A DNA stretch of 64,000 bases from Myxococcales bacterium (GTDB lineage: Bacteria > Myxococcota_A > Polyangia > Polyangiales > DASUME01): contig JASGJH010000001.1 of NCBI GenBank assembly GCA_047601445.1, forward strand, positions 3,520,001 to 3,584,000. The letters run 5' to 3'. The position numbers were made by a program, and so were the translations under genes. The notes beneath the pieces were generated by a model. That model did no database searches. It had not been told where the DNA came from and saw nothing but the letters and a program-made list of their open reading frames with translations. Every line of letters starts with the position of its first letter. Positions within the stretch are counted from its first letter, which is position 1. Shown here piece after piece: positions 9,488-18,543 of this stretch.

Positions 9488-10297
9488 TCAGCCGAGCAGG
9501 GCCCTGAGCGTGCGATCGAAGGACCAGTCCTCCATGGCGTGCATGCGGCGCTTCCAGTCGCTGTCGGCCTCGGGATGCAGGTCGAAGTACATGCCCCACC
9601 ACTCCTTGGAGCCGCCCGTGAGTGTGGGTTTGGAGCGCCACGGCTTCTGCACGGTGTAGTGGATGATCTTGGCGCGTCCCTCCACGTGGGCCGCGAGGCC
9701 GGGGTGGGCGCGCAAGAACTGGTAGATGAAGTGGTGCATGTTGTAGCCCGTGGGCAGCCGGTGCCCGACTGGCAGGTGGTACCAGTCGGGGAAGAACGAG
9801 TTCAAGAAACCCTGATCGCCGCCGTCGTAGCTGCCAGAGGTGAAGAGGCGCTCCATCATGCGCTCGAAGATCAGCTCGCTCGGGTCGACCACCATGACCC
9901 CGGAGTTGAAGTGGTCGGGCAACAGGAAGTCAGGCGCGGCCGCGGGCGAGGGACGGTCGAAGAGATCGTCGATGTTCTTGATCACGATGGTGTCCGCATC
10001 GAGCAGCACCACCTTACGGAACTCGGTCAGCGCGAACGCCCGCAGCTTGGTGAAGGTGTTGGCGAAGCGAGCGAACAGCTGTTGCCCGTGCACGGTGGGA
10101 TTCCGGATGGGATCGATGTCGCGGATCCACCAGCCCTGGGAGTGCAGGAGCTTGCGAGCCGAATCGGGGACGTCGGGGGTCACGAGCACGACCTTGGGTC
10201 GCGTGGTGCCGCTCAGATCGAGGGACTTCCCCAGGGCCTCCACGCCAGGCACGTATCCATCGCCGTTGCACAACGTCGTGACGTACGCGGTCTCCAT
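9488..10297 (-). CDS. glycosyltransferase family 8, glycogenin/IPUT1-like
   Basis: AYVT, FTKL, LDADT (DxD), NIDDLF, FNSGV, DGGDQGFLN and IHYT..KPW. ATG at 10297 has an upstream AGG. Confidence 0.9.
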   Translation of the reverse strand: METAYVTTLCNGDGYVPGVEALGKSLDLSGTTRPKVVLVTPDVPDSARKLLHSQGWWIRDIDPIRNPTVHGQQLFARFANTFTKLRAFALTEFRKVVLLDADTIVIKNIDDLFDRPSPAAAPDFLLPDHFNSGVMVVDPSELIFERMMERLFTSGSYDGGDQGFLNSFFPDWYHLPVGHRLPTGYNMHHFIYQFLRAHPGLAAHVEGRAKIIHYTVQKPWRSKPTLTGGSKEWWGMYFDLHPEADSDWKRRMHAMEDWSFDRTLRALLG

Positions 10298-10468
10298 CCT
10301 CGCCCCTCTTCGCTCGCGCCGCCCGAGGGCGCGCTTCGGCGTTTGCTCACGCGCGCTACGCGCGCTTCGTCCACTCCTTTGCACTGACACTCCAGAACTG
10401 GCAGTGCCACTGCGGACGACATGTGAACGGGCAGGCGGACTTTTTTCTTTGCAACCCGACGCGCGTGT

Positions 10469-11590
10469 CTACTTCAGCTGCGTGCGCCCGCAATCGAACG
10501 TGAGTTCGATGGGCGCGCCGTGGTCGATGACCTCGAAGTCCTCGACCTTCAACGCCGCGAGATCGCGGGGCTCGAGCAGCCCATCCCACTTGGCGGTGGT
10601 GTGGCGATCACTCTGTGCGGTCAGCGCGATTTGCCCCCCGTCGGCGTGGTACATACCGAAGCGCTGAAGCGCCCGTGCGACCGTGCGCGCGCCCTCGGAT
10701 GGGAGCTGTTCGAGCGGATAGTCGCGCCGCAGCCGCAGGTGCACGCCATAGTACGGCGAGCCCGCCCCGCCCGTGGTGCGCGTGCCGTGGGTGGCCGGTG
10801 GCACGAAGCCCTCGCGCACCCGGTCGTTGGGCAAGATGAAGCGAATCGCATGCTCGATCTTGCCTGCCTTGACCTCATCGGCCGTGAACAGGAGCGGCGA
10901 AATGGGAAAGCCCGCGGCGTCCGCGCTCGAGCACTGCAACCCGCGTCCAGCGTTGGTCACCGGTTTCGACGTGTCCCAACGCGCCTGACAGCCGGAGATG
11001 AAGTTGGTCCCCTGGATGTCTGCGCGCCACAGCTCGTAGAGCGCGTGCGTGTCGGGTTGGAATACGAGCAAGTGACAGTCGCCGTCGCTCATGCACACAT
11101 AGCCATCCTCGCCCTCGACGTTGCCGCTGGCCGGCACAGGCACGCTGTTGAGATCGCAGTCGGGCGTGTAGAACTCGTCGTCGTAGCCGTTGGCTTCGGT
11201 GCGCGGCGTGAACATCTTCTTGGGCGTGCTCTGATCGGCGCTCAGCACGTCGAGCGAGAAGTCGATCTGGAACACGTCTTTGTTGCCCCAGCCGCCGTGG
11301 GCGCGCAGGGCCTTGATGGTGGCGTCGGAGTTCTGGGCTTTGGGCGTGTCGTACACGTCCTGCACGAAGAAGGAGCCGCTCGGGAAGTAACGACTGGTCC
11401 CCATCGCGTGCGGGCCGCTGCCCGCGTCGTCCCCCGGCGTGGTCCCGGCGTCCGAGCCGGTCCCGTCGCCGTCGCCATCGCCTTCGTGCGTGCCATCGTC
11501 GCCCGCGTCTGTCCTCCCGTTGGACTCGGCTTTGTCGCCACAGGCGACTGTCAACAGCAGGGCAGACAAGAAAGGCAGTGTCCTCGACAT
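10469..11590 (-). CDS. lipoprotein of unknown function
   Basis: Lipobox LTVAC, DAG/GDGDG linker, and a conserved-looking domain (GDCHLLV, ADAAGFP, HAIRF, YHADGG). Confidence 0.8.
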   Translation of the reverse strand: MSRTLPFLSALLLTVACGDKAESNGRTDAGDDGTHEGDGDGDGTGSDAGTTPGDDAGSGPHAMGTSRYFPSGSFFVQDVYDTPKAQNSDATIKALRAHGGWGNKDVFQIDFSLDVLSADQSTPKKMFTPRTEANGYDDEFYTPDCDLNSVPVPASGNVEGEDGYVCMSDGDCHLLVFQPDTHALYELWRADIQGTNFISGCQARWDTSKPVTNAGRGLQCSSADAAGFPISPLLFTADEVKAGKIEHAIRFILPNDRVREGFVPPATHGTRTTGGAGSPYYGVHLRLRRDYPLEQLPSEGARTVARALQRFGMYHADGGQIALTAQSDRHTTAKWDGLLEPRDLAALKVEDFEVIDHGAPIELTFDCGRTQLK

Positions 11591-11644
11591 GGCCGCGATT
11601 CTCACACGCTTGAACTCGAGAAGCGAGAGGCCACACTGCGCCCG

Positions 11645-12487
11645 ATGTCGTCCCTTCCCCCGCTGCTCGAACCCGCGTTTTGGGCCTGTATCGGCGCAAT
11701 TCTGCTCTGCTGGCTGTTGTCCGTGTGGACCCGTGAGTACTCCTGGGTCGACCGCCTGTGGTCCGTCATGCCACCCCTGTATGCGATCTGGTTCGCATGG
11801 GGCAGCGGGTTCGACGGGCGTACCGTGCTGATGGCCGGCCTGGCCACGCTGTGGGGCGCGCGCCTCACCTACAACTTTGCGCGCAAGGGCGGCTATCAAA
11901 AGGGCGGCGAGGACTATCGCTGGGTCGAACTGCGCAAGCGCATGAGTCCGCTGGCCTTCCAGGTGTTCAACTTCTTCTTCACCGCGTGCTTTCAGCTCCT
12001 GCTGGTGTTCGCCTTGAGCTGGCCGGCCGTCATCGCAGTCGCGCACCAGGACCAGCCGCTGGGCGCCGTCGATACGCTACTAGCATCCCTGTTCCTGGCC
12101 TGCCTGATCGGGGAGACCATCGCAGACCAACAGCAGTGGACCTTCCAGCGAGAGAAGCACGACAAGCAGGCGCGCGGTGAGCCGGTGACGCAGGGCTTCG
12201 TCACCGGCGGCCTGTTCGCCTACTCGCGACACCCGAACTTCTTCTTCGAGCAAGCCCAGTGGTGGATCTTCTATGCCATGGGAGCCTGGGCTGCGGGCGA
12301 CTGGCTCAACTACACCGTCGCGGGTCCCGCCGTGCTCACCGCGCTCTTCCACGGCTCCACCAATTTCACCGAAGAGCTCTCGCTGCGAAAATATCCGGAC
12401 TACGCCGGGTACCAAGCGCGCGTCTCGCGCCTCCTGCCCTGGTTTCCCAGGCCGCGCGCCGACGAGCACGGCGCGCTGGCGGAGTGA
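11645..12487 (+). CDS. DUF1295 / steroid 5-alpha-reductase-like membrane protein
   Basis: SWVDRLWS, WGARLTYNF, GEDYRW, ETIADQQQW and GLFAYSRHPNFFFE. Confidence 0.9.
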   Translation: MSSLPPLLEPAFWACIGAILLCWLLSVWTREYSWVDRLWSVMPPLYAIWFAWGSGFDGRTVLMAGLATLWGARLTYNFARKGGYQKGGEDYRWVELRKRMSPLAFQVFNFFFTACFQLLLVFALSWPAVIAVAHQDQPLGAVDTLLASLFLACLIGETIADQQQWTFQREKHDKQARGEPVTQGFVTGGLFAYSRHPNFFFEQAQWWIFYAMGAWAAGDWLNYTVAGPAVLTALFHGSTNFTEELSLRKYPDYAGYQARVSRLLPWFPRPRADEHGALAE

Positions 12488-12491
12488 GCTC

Positions 12492-13334
12492 TTACTTCTT
12501 GGCGATCTTGTCGAGGCCGGGGATGGCCTTCAGCCGCGGTTCGAGGATGATCTCGATGCGACGGTTCTTTTGCTTGCCCTGGTCGTTGCCGTTGCGGGCG
12601 ACCGGGTCGTACTCGCTGTAGCCCGCCGCCACCAGCTGCTCGGGCCGCAGCCCGCCCTTGACCAGGGCCTCGGTCACGTTGACCGCGCGCGTCGCCGACA
12701 GCTCCCAGTTGCTCTTGAAGCGGTCGCCGGTGACGGGAACGTTGTCGGTGTGACCTGCCACGATGAAGCGGCGGTCACGCATGCCGCGCAGGATCTTGGC
12801 CACCTCGACCAGGGACTCCTTGCCCTGATCGGTGAGGTCCGCGCTGCCCGAGGGGAACAGCACCTGGGCGGGCAGCTCCACGATCATGCGGCCGCGGCGG
12901 AAGGTCACCTGGAGCTTGCCGCTGTCGATCATGCGCTTGAGCTGCGCGGTCATGGCCTTGAACTCGGCCAGCTGCTCCTGGGCCGCTTCGCGCTCCTCGC
13001 TCAGCTCGTCGAGCTGCGTACGCAGGGCCGCGACCTCGGTATTCAGATCCGCAAGCTTGGTGTTCGCCAGCTCGAGCGCGCTGCCACGCTCATCGTTGTC
13101 CTTGGCCAATACCCGGAAGCGCTCCGAGCTGTCGTGCTCGGCCTTCTCGAGCGTGACCAGCTGGGCCTTGGTGGCGCGCAGCTCGTTGTCGGCGCGGTCA
13201 CGCTGTCCTTGCGCGTCGAAGGCCAAGTAGCCGAGCGCGCCCGCAGTCGCCACGAGCAGGGCCGTGAGCCCCATCATCGCGCGCGAGCTCTTGCGCTGCT
13301 CGGCGTATGGATTGTCTGGCACGGTCTCGGGCAT
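12492..13334 (-). CDS. OmpA/MotB family peptidoglycan-binding protein (TM, coiled coil, OmpA_C)
   Basis: VLFPSGSA, GHTDNVP, NWELSATRA and NRRIEI. Alternative start at 13358. Confidence 0.9.
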   Translation of the reverse strand: MPETVPDNPYAEQRKSSRAMMGLTALLVATAGALGYLAFDAQGQRDRADNELRATKAQLVTLEKAEHDSSERFRVLAKDNDERGSALELANTKLADLNTEVAALRTQLDELSEEREAAQEQLAEFKAMTAQLKRMIDSGKLQVTFRRGRMIVELPAQVLFPSGSADLTDQGKESLVEVAKILRGMRDRRFIVAGHTDNVPVTGDRFKSNWELSATRAVNVTEALVKGGLRPEQLVAAGYSEYDPVARNGNDQGKQKNRRIEIILEPRLKAIPGLDKIAKK

Positions 13335-13475
13335 GTCTTGTTGACCGGCAAAACTCATGCAACCCCCTGTTTCGTGGCAGTGCGCGCAAACTCACGCGCA
13401 AGAGGTGCATGCTAACGCCTGTCCCGAGCCGTCGGCATCCGTTCTTTCGCCCTACACGAACGCCGCGTGTGCTCC

Positions 13476-14263
13476 TCAATCGCCTTCGTTGCGCACGATG
13501 TCCACGGCTGTCGCGGGCGATACGCGCGCGCCAGGTTCCGGAGATTGTTGCAGGATCACGAGGGGGTCACGGTCTTCGTCGAAGCGCTCGCGCACCTTCC
13601 CCATGGCCAGGCCGGATTCCTCGAGCAGCTTCTTCGCCTTCGAAAACTTAACCCGACCAACTTGGGGACCTCCACGCCGCGCAGCTCCACGGTGAGCTCC
13701 ACGGTGCTCTCGGGTGAGACCGAGGCGCCCGGCGCGGGCTTGCTCGCGAGCACGATGCGATCGCCCGTATCGGGTCCGTTGACCGCACCGGCCTTGAGCC
13801 CTGCGGCCTCGAGCTCCTTGATGGCATCGGGCAGGAGTTTGCCGGTGAGCTCGGGAACCGCGACGTTGGCGGGTGGCCCGCTCGAGAGCGTCAACTCCAC
13901 GGCGCCGTCGCGCGGCATCAGCGAATCCGCCAGCGGGTTCTGCGCGATGACGATGCCCGCTGGCTGAGGGCTCTCACGCCGCTCGCGCACCACGGGCCTC
14001 AGCCCGCGCGCGCCAAGCAGCTCATTGGCGGTATCGGCCGGTAGGCCGAGGATGGTGGGCACTTTGACGTTCGCGGGTGCCTGAGCGAGCGCGGGCGCGG
14101 CCGATGCCGCGGGCGGCGGTGCGCTCTGCACGAGCCCCGGGATGTGGCCTGACTGGATGCCCCACAGGACACCAAAGACCACTGCGCTCGAGGTGAAGAA
14201 GGAGGTAACGATGACCCCGAACCAACCCGGTCCGCGGTAGAGACGAAACGGATCCTCATCCAT
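13476..14263 (-). CDS. PASTA-domain membrane protein (TM + 3 PASTA), -1 frameshift at ~13645
   Basis: VPTILG, VPELTG and VPKLVG repeats. Adding one T to the TTTT run restores ...AKKLLEESGLAMGKVRERFDEDRDPLVILQQSPEPG...NEGD* ending at 13476. Confidence 0.8.
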
Positions 14264-14315
14264 GACCAGCTTGAGTACGCCAATTACACCAGAAGCTCAA
14301 ACTTGTTTGCTTGCC

Positions 14316-14443
14316 GTCGGGGGGGTCACGCGACCTCCCCGACCGTCGCGGCAAAGCCGCGACGGGCCCACCCCTCCGCGAGGTTCGCTTCGCTCACGTG
14401 TGCACTCAGTAGGTCTCGGCGGAGGTCACGCGACCTCCCCGCC
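14316..14443. repeat. REP-like structured repeat, copy 1 (14316-14398) plus a partial hairpin copy (14418-14443)
   Basis: GTCGGGGGGGTC-ACGC-GACCTCCCCGAC, then CGTCGCGGC-AAA-GCCGCGACG, then tail CCCTCCGCGAGGTTCGCT.CGCTCACG. A homologous copy lies at 48826. Confidence 0.85.
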
Positions 14444-14587
14444 TATCACGCGAGCCGCCGGGCGGCGTTTCGGTCACTCTTCCTGACTTTGTCGCCAGCC
14501 TGCTTGGAGGTAGGCTCGGGCCAGCTCGCGGGGTCGAAGGAGGGGTGAAGTAACCCTCGGCAAGGCCACCGCGGACGAGGTAGTCGC

Positions 14588-16174
14588 ATGAAAAAGGGCT
14601 TGGTTCACAGCGTGATCGCGGGCAGTGCCGCGCTGGGCATCGCATGGGGTGTGGCGTCGGCGGAGCCCAAGGAGATGCCCAACGACATGACGGCCTCGCC
14701 TGCCTTTTGGCGCGGCTTTCGCCCCCTCGTCTACGCCTTCGGCGACGGCGACCCCGCACGGGCCGTGAGCTACCTGCGGGCCGGTACCAAGATCTTGCGC
14801 AGCGTGGACGCCAACCTCGACCGCGACGAGGCCACCAAGAAGTTCCAGGAAAAGGCCCAGGACTGCATGGAGGAGTTCGACCTGCGCTCCTTCTTCAAGC
14901 TGCTGCCCGAGCGTGATGGCGACTATCGATATTTCGCCTTCGCGGGCAAACCGGCCGAGAACGCCTATCGCGTGTGGGCCGCCAAAGGCAAAGACTTCGA
15001 GGTGAACGCCAAGAGCGCGCGGCGCGGCTTCGGCGAGGCCTCGGGCATGATGCGCATGCGCCAGCTCGAGAAAGACGACAGCGGACGCTACCTGGTGAAC
15101 TGGCGCCAAGGCGCGGGCTTCGGCGATGTCGCCTGGCTCTCCATCGTGGCGGGCCTGCGCGATGGCGTGTCTCTGTTCGACACTCCGTCGCAGGACGCCG
15201 AGACGCCGGTCATCCTGCAGGCCGCGGAGGTCTTCCTCAAGCGCACGCAGCCCGCGCTGGGGCCCGAGGACCGCGCGGTGCTCGCCACCCTGTGGGGCAG
15301 CTTTCCGGAGGGTGCCAAGCTGCTCGCCGATGTCGCCACGGGCGACGACGTGATCAAGGGGCGCGACGCGAACACGGGTATCACCCAGGTTCACTGGCAC
15401 TCGCGCTTCAACCTGGAGAAGCTCAAAGAGAACTATCCGCACCTGACTGACTACTTCAAAGACCTCGACAAGCTGGCGGCCATCAAGCTGCGCTTGCTCG
15501 ACGCAGCCGGTCACACGTTGTTCGACCTCAAGGCGGACACCGCGCGCATGCAGAGCGAGATCGACGCCTTCGTGAAGGGCGGCCGCATCGTGCCGAGCCA
15601 TCAGGGCACCCCGCTGCTCGACCAGACCGCGCGCTTCGAGAAAATGCGGGCCCACATCAACCTGCACTTCCAGGTGTTCCGCGTGCACATCTACGTCGAC
15701 GACATGCGCGTGGAGTTCAACTTCGACGAGCACGCGACGGGTGCGGCCCTCTCGGCGCGCATCAAGCAGACACCCAAGATTCGCGTCTCGGGCGCCGCCT
15801 TCGGCCTGTTCCCCACGGGCATGCTCGACTGGTTCATCCCGGGCGACATCGAGGGACTGGCGCGCAAGCTCATGGACGTGGCCACCAAGGGCAACGAGGG
15901 ACAGGGCATCGCCTTCGACTATCGCTTCGAGCGCTCGCCCAACGGACTTGCGACCCTGGACAGCAGCATCGGAGGCGAAGTCCTCGACAGCGCCTTGATT
16001 CGGTTCGCGATGGCCATCGCAGCCGAACGCGTGGTGCCCGACGAGAAGCAGCTCGACGACATCAAGCGCCTCGGCGTGGCCTACCGCGACGCCTTCGACG
16101 CCGACGTCGTGCGCTTCGGCAAACACGGCAAGTTGCCGACCTACCCTGCCCCGACTGCAGAGCCGGCACGTTGA
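14588..16174 (+). CDS. secreted hypothetical protein (528 aa)
   Basis: GAGG RBS, signal peptide ending VASA, strong GC3 codon bias. No family recognised. Confidence 0.8.
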   Translation: MKKGLVHSVIAGSAALGIAWGVASAEPKEMPNDMTASPAFWRGFRPLVYAFGDGDPARAVSYLRAGTKILRSVDANLDRDEATKKFQEKAQDCMEEFDLRSFFKLLPERDGDYRYFAFAGKPAENAYRVWAAKGKDFEVNAKSARRGFGEASGMMRMRQLEKDDSGRYLVNWRQGAGFGDVAWLSIVAGLRDGVSLFDTPSQDAETPVILQAAEVFLKRTQPALGPEDRAVLATLWGSFPEGAKLLADVATGDDVIKGRDANTGITQVHWHSRFNLEKLKENYPHLTDYFKDLDKLAAIKLRLLDAAGHTLFDLKADTARMQSEIDAFVKGGRIVPSHQGTPLLDQTARFEKMRAHINLHFQVFRVHIYVDDMRVEFNFDEHATGAALSARIKQTPKIRVSGAAFGLFPTGMLDWFIPGDIEGLARKLMDVATKGNEGQGIAFDYRFERSPNGLATLDSSIGGEVLDSALIRFAMAIAAERVVPDEKQLDDIKRLGVAYRDAFDADVVRFGKHGKLPTYPAPTAEPAR

Positions 16175-16182
16175 CCTCGACT

Positions 16183-16322
16183 TGGTCGGGGACGTGAACC
16201 TAACGTGAACCTTGACGGCGACGCGTACGTGAGCGTCAAGACGTTGTGTTCGTCAATCGCGAGAGCGGCCACGCACACCGTCGCCGTCGCCGTCAAAGTC
16301 CACGTAAAGTCCACGTCGACCA
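16183..16322. repeat. hexamer-periodic imperfect inverted repeat (fold-back element)
   Basis: Left arm TGGTCGGGGACGTGAACCTAACGTGAACCTTGACGGCGACG pairs with right arm CGTCGCCGTCAAAGTCCACGTAAAGTCCACGTCGACCA. Confidence 0.75.
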
Positions 16323-16334
16323 CCCCCCTCAGGC

Positions 16335-16523
16335 TCAGCAAGCGTCCGTCAGCTCCCCCCTGCGCATCCGACTCCGCTGGTAGTACATGGTGCCGTGATT
16401 CACCGGGATGATGCCGACGCCTGGGCAGTCGAGGTCGATGATCACCATGAGCAGTGCGCTGAGCATGACGGACAGCACGAACCACATGCCCAGGCGCTGG
16501 CAGCGCGCCGAGCTCCCGAACAT
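16335..16523 (-). pseudogene. C-terminal remnant of a DUF4239/bestrophin-like membrane protein
   Basis: LSALLMVIIDLDCPGVGIIPVN resembles the family C-terminal IxDLDxPxxGxIxV motif. No room for the N-terminal part. Confidence 0.5.
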
Positions 16524-16563
16524 CGGGGTTGCGACGCGCGAAAGCGAGCTTTATAGGGGCCCA

Positions 16564-17241
16564 ATGAGTTCTTTGGGAGTCACCGAAGCCGTTCGTTCGC
16601 GCCGCTCCGTGCGAGCCTTCCTGGACAAGCCCGTGCCGCTCACCTTGCTGCGCGAGGCGCTCGAGCTGGCAGCGCGCGCGCCGTCGGGCGGGAACCTCCA
16701 ACCCTGGTGGATCCACGTCGTCGCGGGGGCAAGGCTCGAGGAGCTGCGCGGCGTCATGCGAGAGCGCGTGCTGACAGAGGGACCAGATCCCGCCGAGTAC
16801 GAGATCTATCCCGCCAACCTCTGGGAGCCCTATCGCTCGCGACGCTACGACATCGGCGAGCTCATGTACGCCGCCCTCGGCATCGAGCGCAACGACAAGC
16901 TGAAGCGGCTCGAGCGCTTCGCTCAGAACTATCAGCTCTTCGGGGCCCCGGTGGGATTGTTCTGCTTCATCGAGCGACGCATGGGCGCGCCCCAGTGGTC
17001 CGACCTCGGCATGTACCTGCAGACCCTGATGTTGCTGCTCAGGGAGCGCGGCGTGGACAGCTGCGCGCAAGAGGCCTGGTCGGCGTACCACCGCGTGGTC
17101 GGCGACTTCGTCGGGAGCCCTCCCGAGCGCATGTTGTTCTGCGGAATGGCCATCGGGTACGCCGATCCAGACGCGCCCGTGAACCACCTCAGCACGCCCC
17201 GTGCGGCGCTCGACGACTTCACCACCTTCCACGGATTTTGA
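16564..17241 (+). CDS. nitroreductase
   Basis: RRSVRAF, APSGGNLQPW, FGAP, SDLGMY and GMAIGY. Confidence 0.93.
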   Translation: MSSLGVTEAVRSRRSVRAFLDKPVPLTLLREALELAARAPSGGNLQPWWIHVVAGARLEELRGVMRERVLTEGPDPAEYEIYPANLWEPYRSRRYDIGELMYAALGIERNDKLKRLERFAQNYQLFGAPVGLFCFIERRMGAPQWSDLGMYLQTLMLLLRERGVDSCAQEAWSAYHRVVGDFVGSPPERMLFCGMAIGYADPDAPVNHLSTPRAALDDFTTFHGF

Positions 17242-17244
17242 GCC

Positions 17245-17748
17245 ATGCACGAGGTCACGCTGCAGCGCGTGGAGCCGCACGAGGCTTCCATCCTGTCCAA
17301 CCTGCTCGAGCTCTACTGCCACGACATGAGCGCATACTTTCCCGTCACGCTCGGTTCGGACGGACGCTTCGGCTACTCGCTCGAGCGCTACTTCACGGAG
17401 CCGCAGCGCTTTCCCTACTTCATCCTGGTCGAACGAAAGCTGGCCGGTTTCGCGCTCGCCACGCGCGGCTCGCCCGCCAGCGCCGACCCCGAGCATCTCG
17501 ACGTCGCAGAGTTCTTCGTGCTGCGAAGCTTGCGCGGTCGCAACGTGGGCGAACGCGCCGCGGGCCTGCTGTGGGATCAGCTGCCCGGTCGCTGGCTGGT
17601 GCGGGTCGCTTGCGTCAATCGACCTGCGCTGGCGTTTTGGCCGCGCGCCATCGAGCGCTACACGGGCCGGCCGGCCACGTCTCGCAAGTTCACGCAAAAC
17701 CAAATCGAGCGCGACGTGTTCGAATTCGACTCGGTGATCCGCGGCTAG
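17245..17748 (+). CDS. GNAT family N-acetyltransferase
   Basis: AEFFVLRSLRGRNVG (motif A) and NRPALAFW. Confidence 0.9.
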   Translation: MHEVTLQRVEPHEASILSNLLELYCHDMSAYFPVTLGSDGRFGYSLERYFTEPQRFPYFILVERKLAGFALATRGSPASADPEHLDVAEFFVLRSLRGRNVGERAAGLLWDQLPGRWLVRVACVNRPALAFWPRAIERYTGRPATSRKFTQNQIERDVFEFDSVIRG

Positions 17749-18456
17749 TCAGCTGCAGCCCTCGGCGTCACAGGCGACCCCGGTCTCTGCTTCGGGCAGC
17801 TCGTCAGAGGCTTCGTCCCAGGCCTTGTGCAGCGCCTCCCGCAGCAGCTCCGCGGGCTGCGCACCCGACACGCCATAGCGGCCGAGCACGAAGAAAGGCA
17901 CACCGCTGATGCCGTAGCGGCGGGCCTGCTCGAGGTCTGCGCGCACCTCGGCGCTGAACAGGTCGCCGGCGAGCACGCCCTGCACCTCGTCGGCCTCGAG
18001 CCCGACCTCGACCGCCAACCGCAGCAAGTCCTCGTGCATGCCGAGCCGGGCTCCCTCGCAGAAGTAGGCGCGCAGCAGGCGCTCCTTGAGCTGGGCGCCC
18101 AAGCCGCGCGCGTGGGCGAGCGCGAGCAGACGATGGGCGTCGAAGGTGTTGCCCGAGCGGATGATATCGAAGCGCATCCCGATGCCGTCGCTGGCCGCGA
18201 CGTTCACCAGGCGGTCCGTCATGGCTTGAGCCTGAACCGGGGTGGTGCCGTACTTGCGCGCCAGCCGCTCGGCATGGCTCAGGGAGCCGTCGTCGACACG
18301 AGGTGCCGAAGGATCCAGCTGAAAGGCGCGGTAACGCACGCGCACGCGGTCAGCATGGGGAAAGCTTGCGAGGGCCTGCTCGAGCCTGCGCTTGCCCACG
18401 TAACACCAGGGGCAGGCGGTATCGGACCAGACCTCGACGGACAGCTGCTTGGCCAT
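17749..18456 (-). CDS. DsbA family oxidoreductase (FrnE-like)
   Basis: WSDTACPWCYVG, NTFDAHRL, GISGVPFF and VSGAQ. Confidence 0.93.
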   Translation of the reverse strand: MAKQLSVEVWSDTACPWCYVGKRRLEQALASFPHADRVRVRYRAFQLDPSAPRVDDGSLSHAERLARKYGTTPVQAQAMTDRLVNVAASDGIGMRFDIIRSGNTFDAHRLLALAHARGLGAQLKERLLRAYFCEGARLGMHEDLLRLAVEVGLEADEVQGVLAGDLFSAEVRADLEQARRYGISGVPFFVLGRYGVSGAQPAELLREALHKAWDEASDELPEAETGVACDAEGCS

Positions 18457-18543
18457 GGCGCGCAAGCTAAGGACGCGTCGCTCTCTTTTCAAGACCGGAG
18501 CAGCGCTCGCGAGGCAGAGGCGAGCGCGCCGCTCTCCCGCCGC

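Noticed and set aside
10399..10413. sigma54-like GG-N10-GC (TGGCAGTGCCACTGC)
   Set aside because: It is on the + strand, while both neighbouring genes are on the - strand.
10520..12046. Extended overlapping starts for the lipoprotein (to 12046) and DUF1295 (from 10520)
   Set aside because: The lipobox and family N-terminus place the real starts at 11590 and 11645, giving divergent non-overlapping genes.
12492..13334. Flagellar stator motB
   Set aside because: No motA partner and no N-terminal WxxxYxD motif.
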